Source: the human T2T-CHM13v2.0 reference genome, Homo sapiens. From it: 64,000 nt of DNA. The DNA is taken from NCBI RefSeq assembly GCF_009914755.1, contig NC_060927.1. One strand, given 5' to 3'. Position numbers and translations under genes: made by a program. Within the stretch, counting starts at the first letter, position 1, and every line of letters starts with the position of its first letter. Below are positions 29,401 through 45,900 of this stretch, piece after piece. Under the pieces are notes generated by a model. That model saw only the letters and a list, made by a program, of their open reading frames with translations. It did not search any database and was not told the origin of the DNA.

Positions 29401-32400
29401 TTCTATAGTGTACAAAAAATATCAAAGTACCCAAAGCATGTATTATATACCGTACGTAAAATATAAAATTACATCAAATATATATTTTATTCTGTACATA
29501 AAATATCAAAGTACACCAGATATATATACTATAGTGTACATAAAATATCAAAGTACCCAAACTATACATTATACACTGCACATAAAATATGAAATTACAT
29601 CAAATATATATTAGGTACATAAAATATGAAAGTACATCAAATATAGATTATATACTGTAAATATAATATCAATGTACCCCAAATATATATTTTATACTCT
29701 ACATGAAATATCAAAGTTCACAAACCATATATTATATACTGTACATAAAATATCAAAGTACCCAAGGTATATATTCTATACTGTACAAAAAATATCAAAG
29801 TACCCAATGCATGTATTATATACTGTACATAAAATATGAAAGTACATCAAATATATATTTTATTCTGTACATAAAATATCAAAGTACACCAGATATATAT
29901 TCTATAGTGTACATAAAATAACAAAGTACACAAACTATAAATTATATCCTGTACATAAAATATGAAATTACATCAAATATATATTAGGTACATAAAATAT
30001 GAAAGTACATCAAATATAGATTATATACTGTACATTAAGTACCAAAGTACACCAAATATATATTTTATTCTGTACATAAAATATCAAAGTACACCAGATA
30101 TATATTCTATAGTGTACATAAAATATCAAAGTACCCAAACTATACATTATATACTGTACATAAAATATGAAATTACAGCAAATATATATTATATTAGGTA
30201 CATAAAATATGAAAGTACATCAAATATAGATTATATACTCTACATTAAATACCAAAGTACCCCAAATATATATTTTATACTGTACATGAAATATCAAAGT
30301 TCACAAACTATATATTATATACTGTACATAAAATATCAATGTACCCAAGGTATATATTCTATACTGCACAAAAAATATCAAAGTACCCAAAGCATGTATT
30401 ATATACTGTATATAAAATATGAAAGTACATCAAATATATATTTTATTCTGTACATAAAATATCAAAGTACACCAGATATATATTCTATAGTGTACATAAA
30501 ATATCAAAGTACCCAAACTATACATTATATACTGTACATAAAATATGAAATTACATCAAATATATATTATATTAGGTACATAAAATACGAAAGTACATCA
30601 AATATAGATTATATACTGTACATAAAATATGAAAGTACCCCAATATATATTATATACTCTACATGAAATATCAAAGTTCACAAACTATATATTATGTACT
30701 GTACATAAAATATCAAACTACCCAAGGTATATATTCTATACTGTACAAAAAATATCAAAGTACCCAAAGCATGTATTATATAATGTACATAAAATATGAA
30801 AGTACATCAAATATATATTTTATTCTGTACATAAAATATCAAAGAACACCAGATATATATTCTATAGTGTACATAAAATATCAAAGTACCCAAACTATAC
30901 ATTATATACTGTACATAAAATATGAAATTACAGCAAATATATATTATATTAGGTACATAAAATATGAAAGTACATCAAATATAGATTATATACTGTACAT
31001 TAAATACCAAAGTACCCCAAATATATATTTTATACTGTACATGAAATATCAAAGTTCACAAACTATATATTATATACTGTACATAAAATATCAATGTACC
31101 CAAGGTATATATTCTATACTGCACAAAAAATATCAAAGTACCCAAAGCATGTATTATATACTGTATATAAAATATGAAAGTACATCAAATATATATTTTA
31201 TTCTGTACATAAAATATCAAAGTACACCAGATATATATTCTATAGTGTACATAAAATATCAAAGTACCCAAACTATACATTATATACTGTACATAAAATA
31301 TGAAATTACATGAAATATATATTATATTAGGTACATAAAATACGAAAGTACATCAAATATAGATTATATACTGTACATAAAATATCAAAGTACCCCAATA
31401 TATATTATATACTGTACATGAAATATCAAAGTTCACAAACTATATATTATGTACTGTACATAAAATATCAAAGTACCCAAGGTATATATTCTATACTGTA
31501 CAAAAAATATCAAAGTACCCAAAGCATGTATTATATAATGTACATAAAATATGAAAGTACATCAAATATATATTTTATTCTGTACATAAAATATCAAAGA
31601 ACACCAGATATATATTCTATAGTGTACATAAAATATCAAAGTACCCAAACTATACATTATATACTGTACATAAAATATGAAATTACATCATATATATATT
31701 AGGTACATAAAATATGAAAGCACATCAAATATATATTTTATTCTGTACATAAAATATCAAAGTACACCAGATATATATTCTATAGTGTACATAAAATAAC
31801 AAAGTACACAAACTATAAATTATATACTGTACATAAAATATGAAATTACATCAAATATATATTAGGTACATAAAATATGAAAGTACATCAAATATAGATT
31901 ATATACTGTACATATAATATCAATGTACCCGAAATATATATTTTATACTCTACATGAAATATCAAAGTTCACAAACCATATATTGTATACTGCACATAAA
32001 ATATCAAAATACCCAAGGTATATATTCTATACTGTACAAAAAATATCAAAGTACCCAAAGCAGGTATTATATACTGTACATAAAATATGAAAGTACATCA
32101 AATATATATTTTATTCTGTACATAAAATATCAAAGTACACCAGATATATATTCTATAGCGTACATAAAATATCAAAGTACACAAACTATACATTATATAC
32201 TGTACATAAAATATGAAATTACATCAAATATATATTATATTAGGTACATAAAACATGAAAGTACATCAAATATAGATTATATACTGTAAATATAATATCA
32301 ATGTACCCCAAATATATATTTTATACTCTACATGAAATATCAAAGTTCACAAACCATATATTATATACTGTACATAAAATATCAAAGTACCCAAGGTATA

Positions 32401-34759
32401 TATTCTATACTGTACAAAAAATATCAAAGTACCCAAAGCATGTATTATATACTGTACATAAAATATGAAAGTACATCAAATATATATTTTATTCTGTACA
32501 TAAAATATCAAAGTACACCAGATATATATTCTATAGTGTACATAAAATATCAAAGTACCCAAACTATACATTATACACTGTACATAAAATATGAAATTAC
32601 ATTAAATATATATTATATTAGGTAAATGAAATATGAAAGTACATCAAATATAGATTATATACTGTACATAAAATATGAAACTACCCCAAATATATATTAT
32701 ATACTCTACATGAAATATCAAAGTTCACAAACTATATATTATATACTGTCCATAAAATATCAAAGTACCCAAGGTATATATTTTATACTGTACAAAAAAT
32801 ATCAAAGTACCCAAAGCATGTATTATATACTATACCTAAAATATGAAAGTACATCAAATATATATGTTTTATTCTGTACATAAAATATCAAAGTACACCA
32901 GATATATATTCTACAGTGTATATAAAATATCAAAGTACCCAAACTATACATTATATACTGTACATAAAATATGAAATTACATCAAATATATATTATATTA
33001 GGTACATAAAATATGAAAGTACATGAAGTATAGATTATATACTGTACATAAAATATCAAAGTACCCCAAATTTATATTATATACTATACATGAAATATCA
33101 AAGTTCACAAACTATATATTATATACTGTACATAAAATATCAAAGTACCCAAGGTATATATTCTATAGTGTACAAAAAATATCAAAGTACCCAAAGCATG
33201 TATTATATACCGTACGTAAAATATAAAATTACATCAAATATATATTTTATTCTGTACATAAAATATCAAAGTACACCAGATATATATACTATAGTGTACA
33301 TAAAATATCAAAGTACCCAAACTATACATTATACACTGCACATAAAATATGAAATTACATCAAATATATATTAGGTACATAAAATATGAAAGTACATCAA
33401 ATATAGATTATATACTTTAAATATAATATCAATGTACCCCAAATATATATTTTATACTCTACATGAAATATCAAAGTTCACAAACCATATATTATATACT
33501 GTACATAAAATATCAAAGTACCCAAGGTATATATTCTATACTGTACAAAAAATATCAAAGTACCCAAAGCATGTATTATATACTGTACATAAAATATGAA
33601 AGTACATCAAATATATATTTTATTCTGTACATAAAATATCAAAGTACACCAGATATATATTCTATAGTGTACATAAAATATCAAAGTACCCAAACTATAC
33701 ATTATATACTGTACATAAAATATGAAATTACATCAAATATATATTATATTAGGTACATGAAATTTGAAAGTACATCAAATATAGATTATATACTGTACAT
33801 AAAATATGAAAGTACCCCAAATATATATTATATACTCTACATGAAATATCAAAGTTCACAAACTATATATTATATACTGTCCATAAAATATCAAAGTACC
33901 CAAGGTATATATTCTATACTGTACAAAAAATATCAAAGTATCCAAAGCATGTATTATATACTGTATATAAAATATGAAAGTACATCAAATATATATTTTA
34001 TTCTGTACATAAAATATCAAAGTACACCAGATATATATTCTATAGTGTACATAAAATATCAAAGTACCCAAACTATACATTATATACTGTACATAAAATA
34101 TGAAATTACAGCAAATATATATTATATTAGGTACATAAAATATGAAAGTACATCAAATATAGATTATATACTGTACATTAAATACCAAAGTACCCCAAAT
34201 ATATATTTTATACTGTACATGAAATATCAAAGTTCACAAACTATATATTATATACTGTACATAAAATATCAATGTACCCAAGGTATATATTCTATACTGC
34301 ACAAAAAATATCAAAGTACCCAAAGCATGTATTATATACTGTATATAAAATATGAAAGTACATCAAATATATATTTTATTCTGTACATAAAATATCAAAG
34401 TACACCAGATATATATTCTATAGTGTACATAAAATATCAAAGTACCCAAACTATACATTATATACTGTACATAAAATATGAAATTACATCAAATATATAT
34501 TATATTAGGTACATAAAATACGAAAGTACATCAAATATAGATTATATACTGTACATAAAATATCAAAGTACCCCAATATATATTATATACTGTACATGAA
34601 ATATCAAAGTTCACAAACTATATATTATGTACTGTACATAAAATATCAAAGTACCCAAGGTATATATTCTATACTGTACAAAAAATATCAAAGTACCCAA
34701 AGCATGTATTATATAATGTACATAAAATATGAAAGTACATCAAATATATATTTTATTCT
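23435..34759 (+). repeat. 5,644-bp tandem duplication, two apparently identical copies
   Basis: ORF starts from 23619 to 28952 recur exactly 5644 bp downstream (29263 to 34596), with identical translations inside the duplicated span. Private markers are shared (TTTAAA 27772/33416, AAACATG 26610/32254, GCACATC ~26076/31720, +2-bp TATATGTTTT). Flanking mismatches at 23434/29078 and 29116/34760. Confidence 0.9.
25774..26309 (+). repeat. 13-monomer variant HOR, 536 bp (A-G, D-I, two 5-bp deletions); 8 copies seen
   Basis: A-monomer spacing of 536 = 13x42-10 from starts at 25774, 31418, 36485, 38904, 59156, 60443, 61734 and 63025. Each is followed by a HOR marked TTGTATACTGCAC...CAAAATAC. Confidence 0.88.
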
Positions 34760-37700
34760 GTACATAAAATATCAAAGTACACCAGATATATATTCTATAG
34801 CGTACATAAAATATCAAAGTACACAAACTATACATTATATACTGTACATAAAATATGAAATTACATCAAATATATATTATATTAGGTAAATGAAATATGA
34901 AAGTACATCAAATATAGATTATATACTGTACATAAAATATGAAAGTTCCTCAAATATATATTATATACTCTACATGAAATATCAAAGTTCACAAACTATA
35001 TATTATATACTGTACATAAAATATCAAAGTACCCAAGGTATATATTCTATACTGTACAAAAAATATCAAAGTATCCAAAGCATGTATTATATACTGTATA
35101 TAAAATATGAAAGTACATCAAATATATATTTTATTCTGTACATAAAATATCAAAGTACACCAGATATATATTCTGTAGCGTACATAAAATATCAAAGTAC
35201 ACAAACTATACATTATATACTGTACATAAAATATGAAATTACATCAAATATATATTATATTAGGTACATAAAATATGAAAGTACATCAAATATAGATTAT
35301 ATACTGTAAATATAATATCAATGTACCCCAAATATATATTTTATACTCTACATGAAATATCAAAGTTCACAAACCATATATTATATACTGTACATAAAAT
35401 ATCAAAGTACCCAAGGTATATATTCTATACTGTACAAAAAATATCAAAGTACCCAAAGCATGTATTATATACTGTACATAAAATATGAAAGTACATCAAA
35501 TATATATTTTATTCTGTACATAAAATATCAAAGTACACCAGATATATATTCTATAGTGTACATAAAGTATCAAAGTACCCAAACTATACATTATATACTG
35601 TACATAAAATATGAAATTACATCAAATATATATTATATTAGGTAAATGAAATATGAAAGTACATCAAATATAGATTATATACTGTACATAAAATATGAAA
35701 GTACCCCAAATATATATTATATACTCTACATGAAATATCAAAGTTCACAAACTATATATTATATACTGTACATAAAATATCAAAGTACCCAAGGTATATA
35801 TTCTATACTGTACAAAAAATATCAAAGTATCCAAAGCATGTATTATATACTGTATATAAAATATGAAAGTACATCAAATATATATTTTATTCTGTACATA
35901 AAATATCAAAGTACACCAGATATATATTCTATAGTGTACATAAAATATCAAAGTACCCAAGCTATACATTATATACTGTACATAAAATATGAAATTACAG
36001 CAAATATATATTATATTAGGTACATAAAATATGAAAGTACATCAAATATAGATTATATACTGTACATTAAATACCAAAGTACCCCAAATATATATTTTAT
36101 ACTGTACATGAAATATCAAAGTTCACAAACTATATATTATATACTGTACATAAAATATCAATGTACCCAAGGTATATATTCTATACTGCACAAAAAAAAT
36201 CAAAGTACCCAAAGCATGTATTATATACTGTATATAAAATATGAAAGTACATCAAATATATATTTTATTCTGTACATAAAATATCAAAGTACACCAGATA
36301 TATATTCTAATGTGTACATAAAATATCAAAGTACCCAAACTATACATTATATACTGTACATAAAATATGAAATTACATCAAATATATATTATATTAGGTA
36401 CATAAAATACGAAAGTACATCAAATATAGATTATATACTGTACATAAAATATCAAAGTACCCCAATATATATTATATACTGTACATGAAATATCAAAGTT
36501 CACAAACTATATATTATGTACTGTACATAAAATATCAAAGTACCCAAGGTATATATTCTATACTGTACAAAAAATATCAAAGTACCCAAAGCATGTATTA
36601 TATAATGTACATAAAATATGGAAGTACATCAAATATATATTTTATTCTGTACATAAAATATCAAAGAACACCAGACATATATTCTATAGTGTACATAAAA
36701 TATCAAAGTACCCAAACTATACATTATATACTGTACATAAAATATGAAATTACATCATATATATATTAGTTACATAAAATATGAAAGTACATCAAATATA
36801 TATTTTATTCTGTACATAAAATATCAAAGTACACCAGATATATATTCTATAGTGTACATAAAATAACAAAGTACACAAACTATAAATTATATACTGTACA
36901 TAAAATATGAAATTACATCAAATATATATTAGGTACATAAAATATGAAAGTACATCAAATATAGATTATATACTGTACATATAATATCAATGTACCCGAA
37001 ATATATATTTTATACTCTACATGAAATATCAAAGTTCACAAACCATATATTGTATACTGCACATAAAATATCAAAATACCCAATGTATATATTCTATACT
37101 GTACAAAAAATATCAAAGTACCCAAAGCAGGTATTATATACTGTACATAAAATATGAAAGTACATCAAATATATATTTTATTCTGTACATAAAATATCAA
37201 AGTACACCAGATATATATTCTATAGTGTACATAAAATATCAAAGTACCCAAACTATACATTATATACTGTACATAAAATATGAAATTACATCAAATATAT
37301 ATTATATTAGGTACATAAAATACGAAAGTACATCAAATATAGATTATATACTGTACATAAAATATCAAAGTACCCCAATATATATTATATACTGTATATG
37401 AAATATCAAAGTTCACAAACTATATATTATATACTGTACATAAAATATCAAAGTACCCAAGGTATATATTCTATAGTGTACAAAAAATATCAAAGTACCC
37501 AAAGCATGTATTATATACTGTACATAAAATATAAAATTACATCAAATATATATTTTATTCTGTACATAAAATATCAAAGTACACCAGATATATATTCTAT
37601 AGTGTACATAAAATATCAAAGTACCCAAACTATACATTATACACTGTACATAAAATATGAAATTACATCAAATATATATTCGGTACATAAAATATGAAAG

Positions 37701-40700
37701 TACATCAAATATAGATTATATACTGTAAATATAATATCAATGTACCCCAAATATATATTTTATACTCTACATGAAATATCAAAGTTCACAAACCATATAT
37801 TATATACTGTACATAAAATATCAAAGTACCCAAGGTATATATTCTATACTGTACAAAAAATATCAAAGTACCGAAAGCATGTATTATATACTGTACATAA
37901 AATATGAAAGTACATCAAATATATATTTTATTCTGTACATAAAATATCAAAGTACACCAGATTTATATTCTATAGTGTACATAAAATATCAAAGTACCCA
38001 AACTATACATTATATACTGTACATAAAATATGAAATTACATCAAATATATATTATATTAGGTACATGAAATAGGAAAGAACATCAAATATAGATTATATA
38101 CTGTATATAAAATATGAAAGTACCCCAAATATATATTATATACTCTACATGAAATATCAAAGTTCACCAACTATATATTATATACTGTACATAAAATATC
38201 AAAGTACCCAAGGTATATATTCTATACTGTACAAAAAATATCAAAGTATCCAAAGCATGTATTATATACTGTATATAAAATATGAAAGTACATCAAATAT
38301 ATATTTTATTCTGTACATAAAATATCAAAGTACACCAGATATATATTCTATAGTGTACATAAAATATCAAAGTCCCCAAACTATACATTATATACTGTAC
38401 ATAAAATATGAAATTACAGCAAATATATATTATATTAGGTACATAAAATATGAAAGTACATCAAATATAGATTATATACTGTACATTAAATACCAAAGTA
38501 CCCCAAATATATATTTTATACTGTACATGAAATATCAAAGTTCACAAACTATATATTATATACTGTACATAAAATATCAATGTACCCAAGGTATATATAC
38601 TATACTGCACAAAAAATATCAAAGTACCCAAAGCATGTATTATATACTGTATATAAAATATGAAAGTATATCAAATATATATTTTATTCTGTACATAAAA
38701 TATAAAAGTACACCAGATATATATTCTATAGTGTACATAAAATATCAAAGTACCCAAACTATACATTATATACTGTACATAAAATATGAAATTACATCAA
38801 ATATATATTATATTAGGTACATAAAATACGAAAGTACATCAAATATAGATTATATACTGTACATAAAATATCAAAGTACCCCAATATATATTATATACTG
38901 TACATGAAATATCAAAGTTCACAAACTATATATTATGTACTGTACATAAAATATCAAAGTACCCAAGGTATATATTCTATATTGTACAAAAAATATCAAA
39001 GTACCCAAAGCATGTATTATATAATGTACATAAAATATGAAAGTACATCAAATATATATTTTATTCTGTACATAAAATATCAAAGAACACCAGATATATA
39101 TTCTATAGTGTACATAAAATATCAAAGTACCCAAAGTATACATTATATACTGTACATAAAATATGAAATTACATCATATATATATTAGGTACATAAAATA
39201 TGAAAGTACATCAAATATATATTTTATTCTGTACATAAAATATCAAAGTACACCAGATATATATTCTATAGTGTACATAAAATAACAAAGTACACAAACT
39301 ATAAATTATATACTGTACATAAAATATGAAATTACATCAAATATATATTAGGTACATAAAATATGAAAGTACATCAAATATAGATTATATACTGTACATA
39401 TAATATCAATGTACCCGAAATATATATTTTATACTCTACATGAAATATCAAAGTTCACAAACCATATATTGTATACTGCACATAAAATATCAAAATACCC
39501 AAGGTATATATTCTATACTGTACAAAAAATATCAAAGTACCCAAAGCAGGTATTATATACTGTACATAAAATATGAAAGTACATCAAATATATATTTTAT
39601 TCTGTACATAAAATATCAAAGTACACCAGATATATATTCTATAGCGTACATAAAATATCAAAGTACACAAACTATACATTATATACTGTACATAAAATAT
39701 GAAATTACATCAAATATATATTATATTAGGTACATAAAATATGAAAGTACATCAAATATAGATTATATACTGTAAATATAATATCAATGTACCCCAAATA
39801 TATATGTTATACTCTACATGAAATATCAAAGTTCACAAACCATATATTATATACTGTACATAAAATATCAAAGTACCCAAGGTATATATTCTATACTGTA
39901 CAAAAAATATCAAAGTACCCAAAGCATGTATTATATACTGTACATAAAATATGAAAGTACATCAAATATATATTTTATTCTGTACATAAAATATCAAAGT
40001 ACACCAGATATATATTCTATAGTGTACATAAAATATCAAAGTACCCAAACTATACATTATATACTGTACATAAAATATGAAATTACATCAAATATATATT
40101 ATATTAGGTACATGAAATTTGAAAGTACATCAAATATAGATTATATACTGTACATAAAATATGAAAGTACCCCAAATATATATTATATACTCTACATGAA
40201 ATATCAAAGTTCACAAACTATATATTATATACTGTACATAAAATATCAAAGTACCCAAGGTATATATTCTATACTGTACAAAAAATATCAAAGTATCCAA
40301 AGCATGTATTATATACTGTATATAAAATATGAAAGTACATCAAATATATATTTTATTCTGTACATAAAATATCAAAGTACACCAGATATATATTCTATAG
40401 TGTACATAAAATATCAAAGTACCCAAACTATACATTATATACTGTACATAAAATATGAAATTACAGCAAATATATATTATATTAGGTACATAAAATATGA
40501 AAGTACATCAAATATAGATTATATACTCTACATTAAATACCAAAGTACCCCAAATATATATTTTATACTGTACATGAAATATCAAAGTTCACAAACTATA
40601 TATTATATACTGTACATAAAATATCAATGTACCCAAGGTATATATTCTATACTGCACAAAAAATATCAAAGTACCCAAAGCATGTATTATATACTGTATA

Positions 40701-42980
40701 TAAAATATGAAAGTACATCAAATATATATTTTATTCTGTACATAAAATATCAAAGTACACCAGATATATATTCTATAGTGTACATAAAATATCAAAGTAC
40801 CCAAACTATACATTATATACTGTACATAAAATATGAAATTACATCAAATATATATTATATTAGGTACATAAAATACGAAAGTACATCAAATATAGATTAT
40901 ATACTGTACAAAAAATATGAAAGTACCCCAATATATATTATATACTCTACATGAAATATCAAAGTTCACAAACTATATATTATGTACTGTACATAAAATA
41001 TCAAACTACCCAAGGTATATATTCTATACTGTACAAAAAATATCAAAGTACCCAAAGCATGTATTATATAATGTACATAAAATATGAAAGTACATCAAAT
41101 ATATATTTTATTCTGTACATAAAATATCAAAGAACACCAGATATATATTCTATAGTGTACATAAAATATCAAAGTACCCAAACTATACATTATATACTGT
41201 ACATAAAATATGAAATTACATCAAATATATATTATATTAGGTACATAAAATATGAAAGTACATCAAATATAGATTATATACTGTAAATATAATATCAATG
41301 TACCCCAAATATATATTTTATACTCTACATGAAATATCAAAGTTCACAAACCATATATTATATAGTGTACATAAAATATCAAAGTACCCAAGGTATATAT
41401 TCTATACTGTACAAAAAATATCAAAGTACCCAAAGCATGTATTATATACTGTACATAAAATATGAAAGTACATCAAATATATATTTTATTCTGTACATAA
41501 AATATCAAAGTACACCAGATATATATTCTATAGTGTACATAAAATATCAAAGTACCCAAACTATACATTATATACTGTACATAAAATATGAAATTACATC
41601 AAATATATATTATATTAGGTAAATGAAATATGAAAGTACATCAAATATAGATTATATACTGTACATAAAATATGAAAGTACCCCAAATATATATTATATA
41701 CTCTACATGAAATATCAAAGTTCACAAACTATATATTATATACTGTCCATAAAATATCAAAGTACCCAAGGTATATATTTTATACTGTACAAAAAATATC
41801 AAAGTACCCAAAGCATGTATTATATACTATACCTAAAATATGAAATTACATCAAATATGTATTTTATTCTGTACATAAAATATCAAAGTACACCAGATAT
41901 ATATTCTACAGTGTATATAAAATATCAAAGTACCCAAACTATACATTATATACTGTACATAAAATATGAAATTACATCAAATATATATTATATTAGGTAC
42001 ATAAAATATGAAAGTACATGAAGTATAGATTATATACTGTACATAAAATATCAAAGTACCCCAAATTTATATTATATACTATACATGAAATATCAAAGTT
42101 CACAAACTATATATTATATACTGTACATAAAATATCAAAGTACCCAAGGTATATATTCTATAGTGTACAAAAAATATCAAAGTACCCAAAGCATGTATTA
42201 TATACCGTACGTAAAATATAAAATTACATCAAATATATATTTTATTCTGTACATAAAATATCAAAGTACACCAGATATATATACTATAGTGTACATAAAA
42301 TATCAAAGTACCCAAACTATACATTATACACTGCACATAAAATATGAAATTACATCAAATATATATTAGGTACATAAAATATGAAAGTACATCAAATATA
42401 GATTATATACTGTAAATATAATATCAATGTACCCCAAATATATATTTTATACTCTACATGAAATATCAAAGTTCACAAACCATATATTATATACTGTACA
42501 TAAAATATCAAAGTACCCAAGGTATATATTCTATACTGTACAAAAAATATCAAAGTACCCAAAGCATGTATTATATACTGTACATAAAATATGAAAGTAC
42601 ATCAAATATATATTTTATTCTGTACATAAAATATCAAAGTACACCAGATATATATTCTATAGTGTACATAAAATATCAAAGTACCCAAACTATACATTAT
42701 ATACTGTACATAAAATATGAAATTACATCAAATATATATTATATTAGGTACATGAAATTTGAAAGTACATCAAATATAGATTATATACTGTACATAAAAT
42801 ATGAAAGTACCCCAAATATATATTATATACTCTACATGAAATATCAAAGTTCACAAACTATATATTATATACTGTACATAAAATATCAAAGTACCCAAGG
42901 TATATATTCTATACTGTACAAAAAATATCAAAGTATCCAAAGCATGTATTATATACTGTATATAAAATATGAAAGTACAT

Positions 42981-45900
42981 CAAATATATATTTTATTCTG
43001 TACATAAAATATCAAAGTACACCAGATATATATTCTATAGTGTACATAAAATATCAAAGTACCCAAACTATACATTATATACTGTACATAAAATATGAAA
43101 TTACAGCAAATATATATTATATTAGGTACATAAAATATGAAAGTACATCAAATATAGATTATATACTCTACATTAAATACCAAAGTACCCCAAATATATA
43201 TTTTATACTGTACATGAAATATCAAAGTTCACAAACTATATATTATATACTGTACATAAAATATCAATGTACCCAAGGTATATATTCTATACTGCACAAA
43301 AAATATCAAAGTACCCAAAGCATGTATTATATACTGTATATAAAATATGAAAGTACATCAAATATATATTTTATTCTGTACATAAAATATCAAAGTACAC
43401 CAGATATATATTCTATAGTGTACATAAAATATCAAAGTACCCAAACTATACATTATATACTGTACATAAAATATGAAATTACATCAAATATATATTATAT
43501 TAGGTACATAAAATACGAAAGTACATCAAATATAGATTATATACTGTAAATATAATATCAATGTACCCCAAATATATATTTTATACTCTACATGAAATAT
43601 CAAAGTTCACAAACCATATATTATATACTGTACATAAAATATCAAAGTACCCAAGGTATATATTCTATACTGTACAAAAAATATCAAAGTACCCAAAGCA
43701 TGTATTATATACTATACCTAAAATATGAAAGTACATCAAATATATATTTTATTCTGTACATAAAATATCAAAGTACACCAGATATATATTCTACAGTGTA
43801 CATAAAATATCAAAGTACCCAAACTATACATTATATACTGTACATAAAATATGAAATTACATCAAATATATATTATATTAGGTACATAAAATACGAAAGT
43901 ACATCAAATATAGATTATATACTGTACATAAAATATCAAAGTACCCAATATATATTATATACTGTACATGAAATATCAAAGTTCACAAACTATATATTAT
44001 GTACTGTACATAAAATATCAAAGTACCGAAGGTATATATTCTATACTGTACAAAAAATATCAAAGTACCCAAAGCATGTATTATATAATGTACATAAAAT
44101 ATGAAAGTACATCAAATATATATTTTATTCTGTACATAAAATATCAAAGTACACCAGATATATATTCTATAGCGTACATAAAATATCAAAGTACACAAAC
44201 TATACATTATATACTGTACATAAAATATGAAATTACATCAAATATATATTATATTAGGTAAATGAAATATGAAAGTACATCTAATATAGATTATATACTG
44301 TACATAAAATATGAAAGTACCCCAAATATATATTATATACTCTACATGAAATATCAAAGTTCACAAACTATATATTATATACTGTACATAAAATATCAAA
44401 GTACCCAAGGTATATATTCTATACTGTACAAAAAATATCAAAGTATCCAAAGCATGTATTATATACTGTATATAAAATATGAAAGTACATCAAATATATA
44501 TTTTATTCTGTACATAAAATATCAAAGTACACCAGATATATATTCTATAGCGTACATAAAATATCAAAGTACACAAACTATACATTATATACTGTACATA
44601 AAATATGAAATTACATCAAATATATATTATATTAGGTACATAAAATATGAAAGTACATCAAATATAGATTATATACTGTACATATAATATCAATGTACCC
44701 CAAATATATATTTTATACTCTACATGAAATATCAAAGTTCACAAACCATATATTATATACTGTACATAAAATATCAAAGTACCCAAGGTATATATTCTAT
44801 ACTGTACAAAAAATATCAAAGTACCCAAAGCATGTATTATATACTGTACATAAAATATGAAAGTACATCAAATATATATTTTATTCTGTACATAAAATAT
44901 CAAAGTACACCAGATATATATTCTATAGTGTACATAAAATATCAAAGTACCCAAACTATACATTATATACTGTACATAAAATATGAAATTACATCAAATA
45001 TATATTATATTAGGTAAATGAAATATGAAAGTACATCAAATATAGATTATATACTGTACATAAAATATGAAAGTACCCCAAATATATATTATATACTCTA
45101 CATGAAATATCAAAGTTCACAAACTATATATTATATACTGTACATAAAATATCAAAGTACCCAAGGTATATATTCTATACTGTACAAAAAATATCAAAGT
45201 ATCCAAAGCATGTATTATATACTGTATATAAAATATGAAAGTACATCAAATATATATTTTATTCTGTACATAAAATATCAAAGTACACCAGATATATATT
45301 CTATAGTGTACATAAAATATCAAAGTACCCAAACTATACATTATATACTGTACATAAAATATGAAATTACAGCAAATATATATTATATTAGGTACATAAA
45401 ATATGAAAGTACATCAAATATAGATTATATACTCTACATTAAATACCAAAGTACCCCAAATATATATTTTATACTGTACATGAAATATCAAAGTTCACAA
45501 ACTATATATTATATACTGTACATAAAATATCAATGTACCCAAGGTATATATTCTATACTGCACAAAAAATATCAAAGTACCCAAAGCATGTATTATATAC
45601 TGTATATAAAATATGAAAGTACATCAAATATATATTTTATTCTGTACATAAAATATCAAAGTACACCAGATATATATTCTATAGTGTACATAAAATATCA
45701 AAGTACCCAAACTATACATTATATACTGTACATAAAATATGAAATTACATCAAATATATATTATATTAGGTACATTAAATACGAAAGTACATCAAATATA
45801 GATTATATACTGTACATAAAATATGAAAGTACCCCAATATATATTATATACTCTACATGAAATATCAAAGTTCACAAACTATATATTATGTACTGTACAT

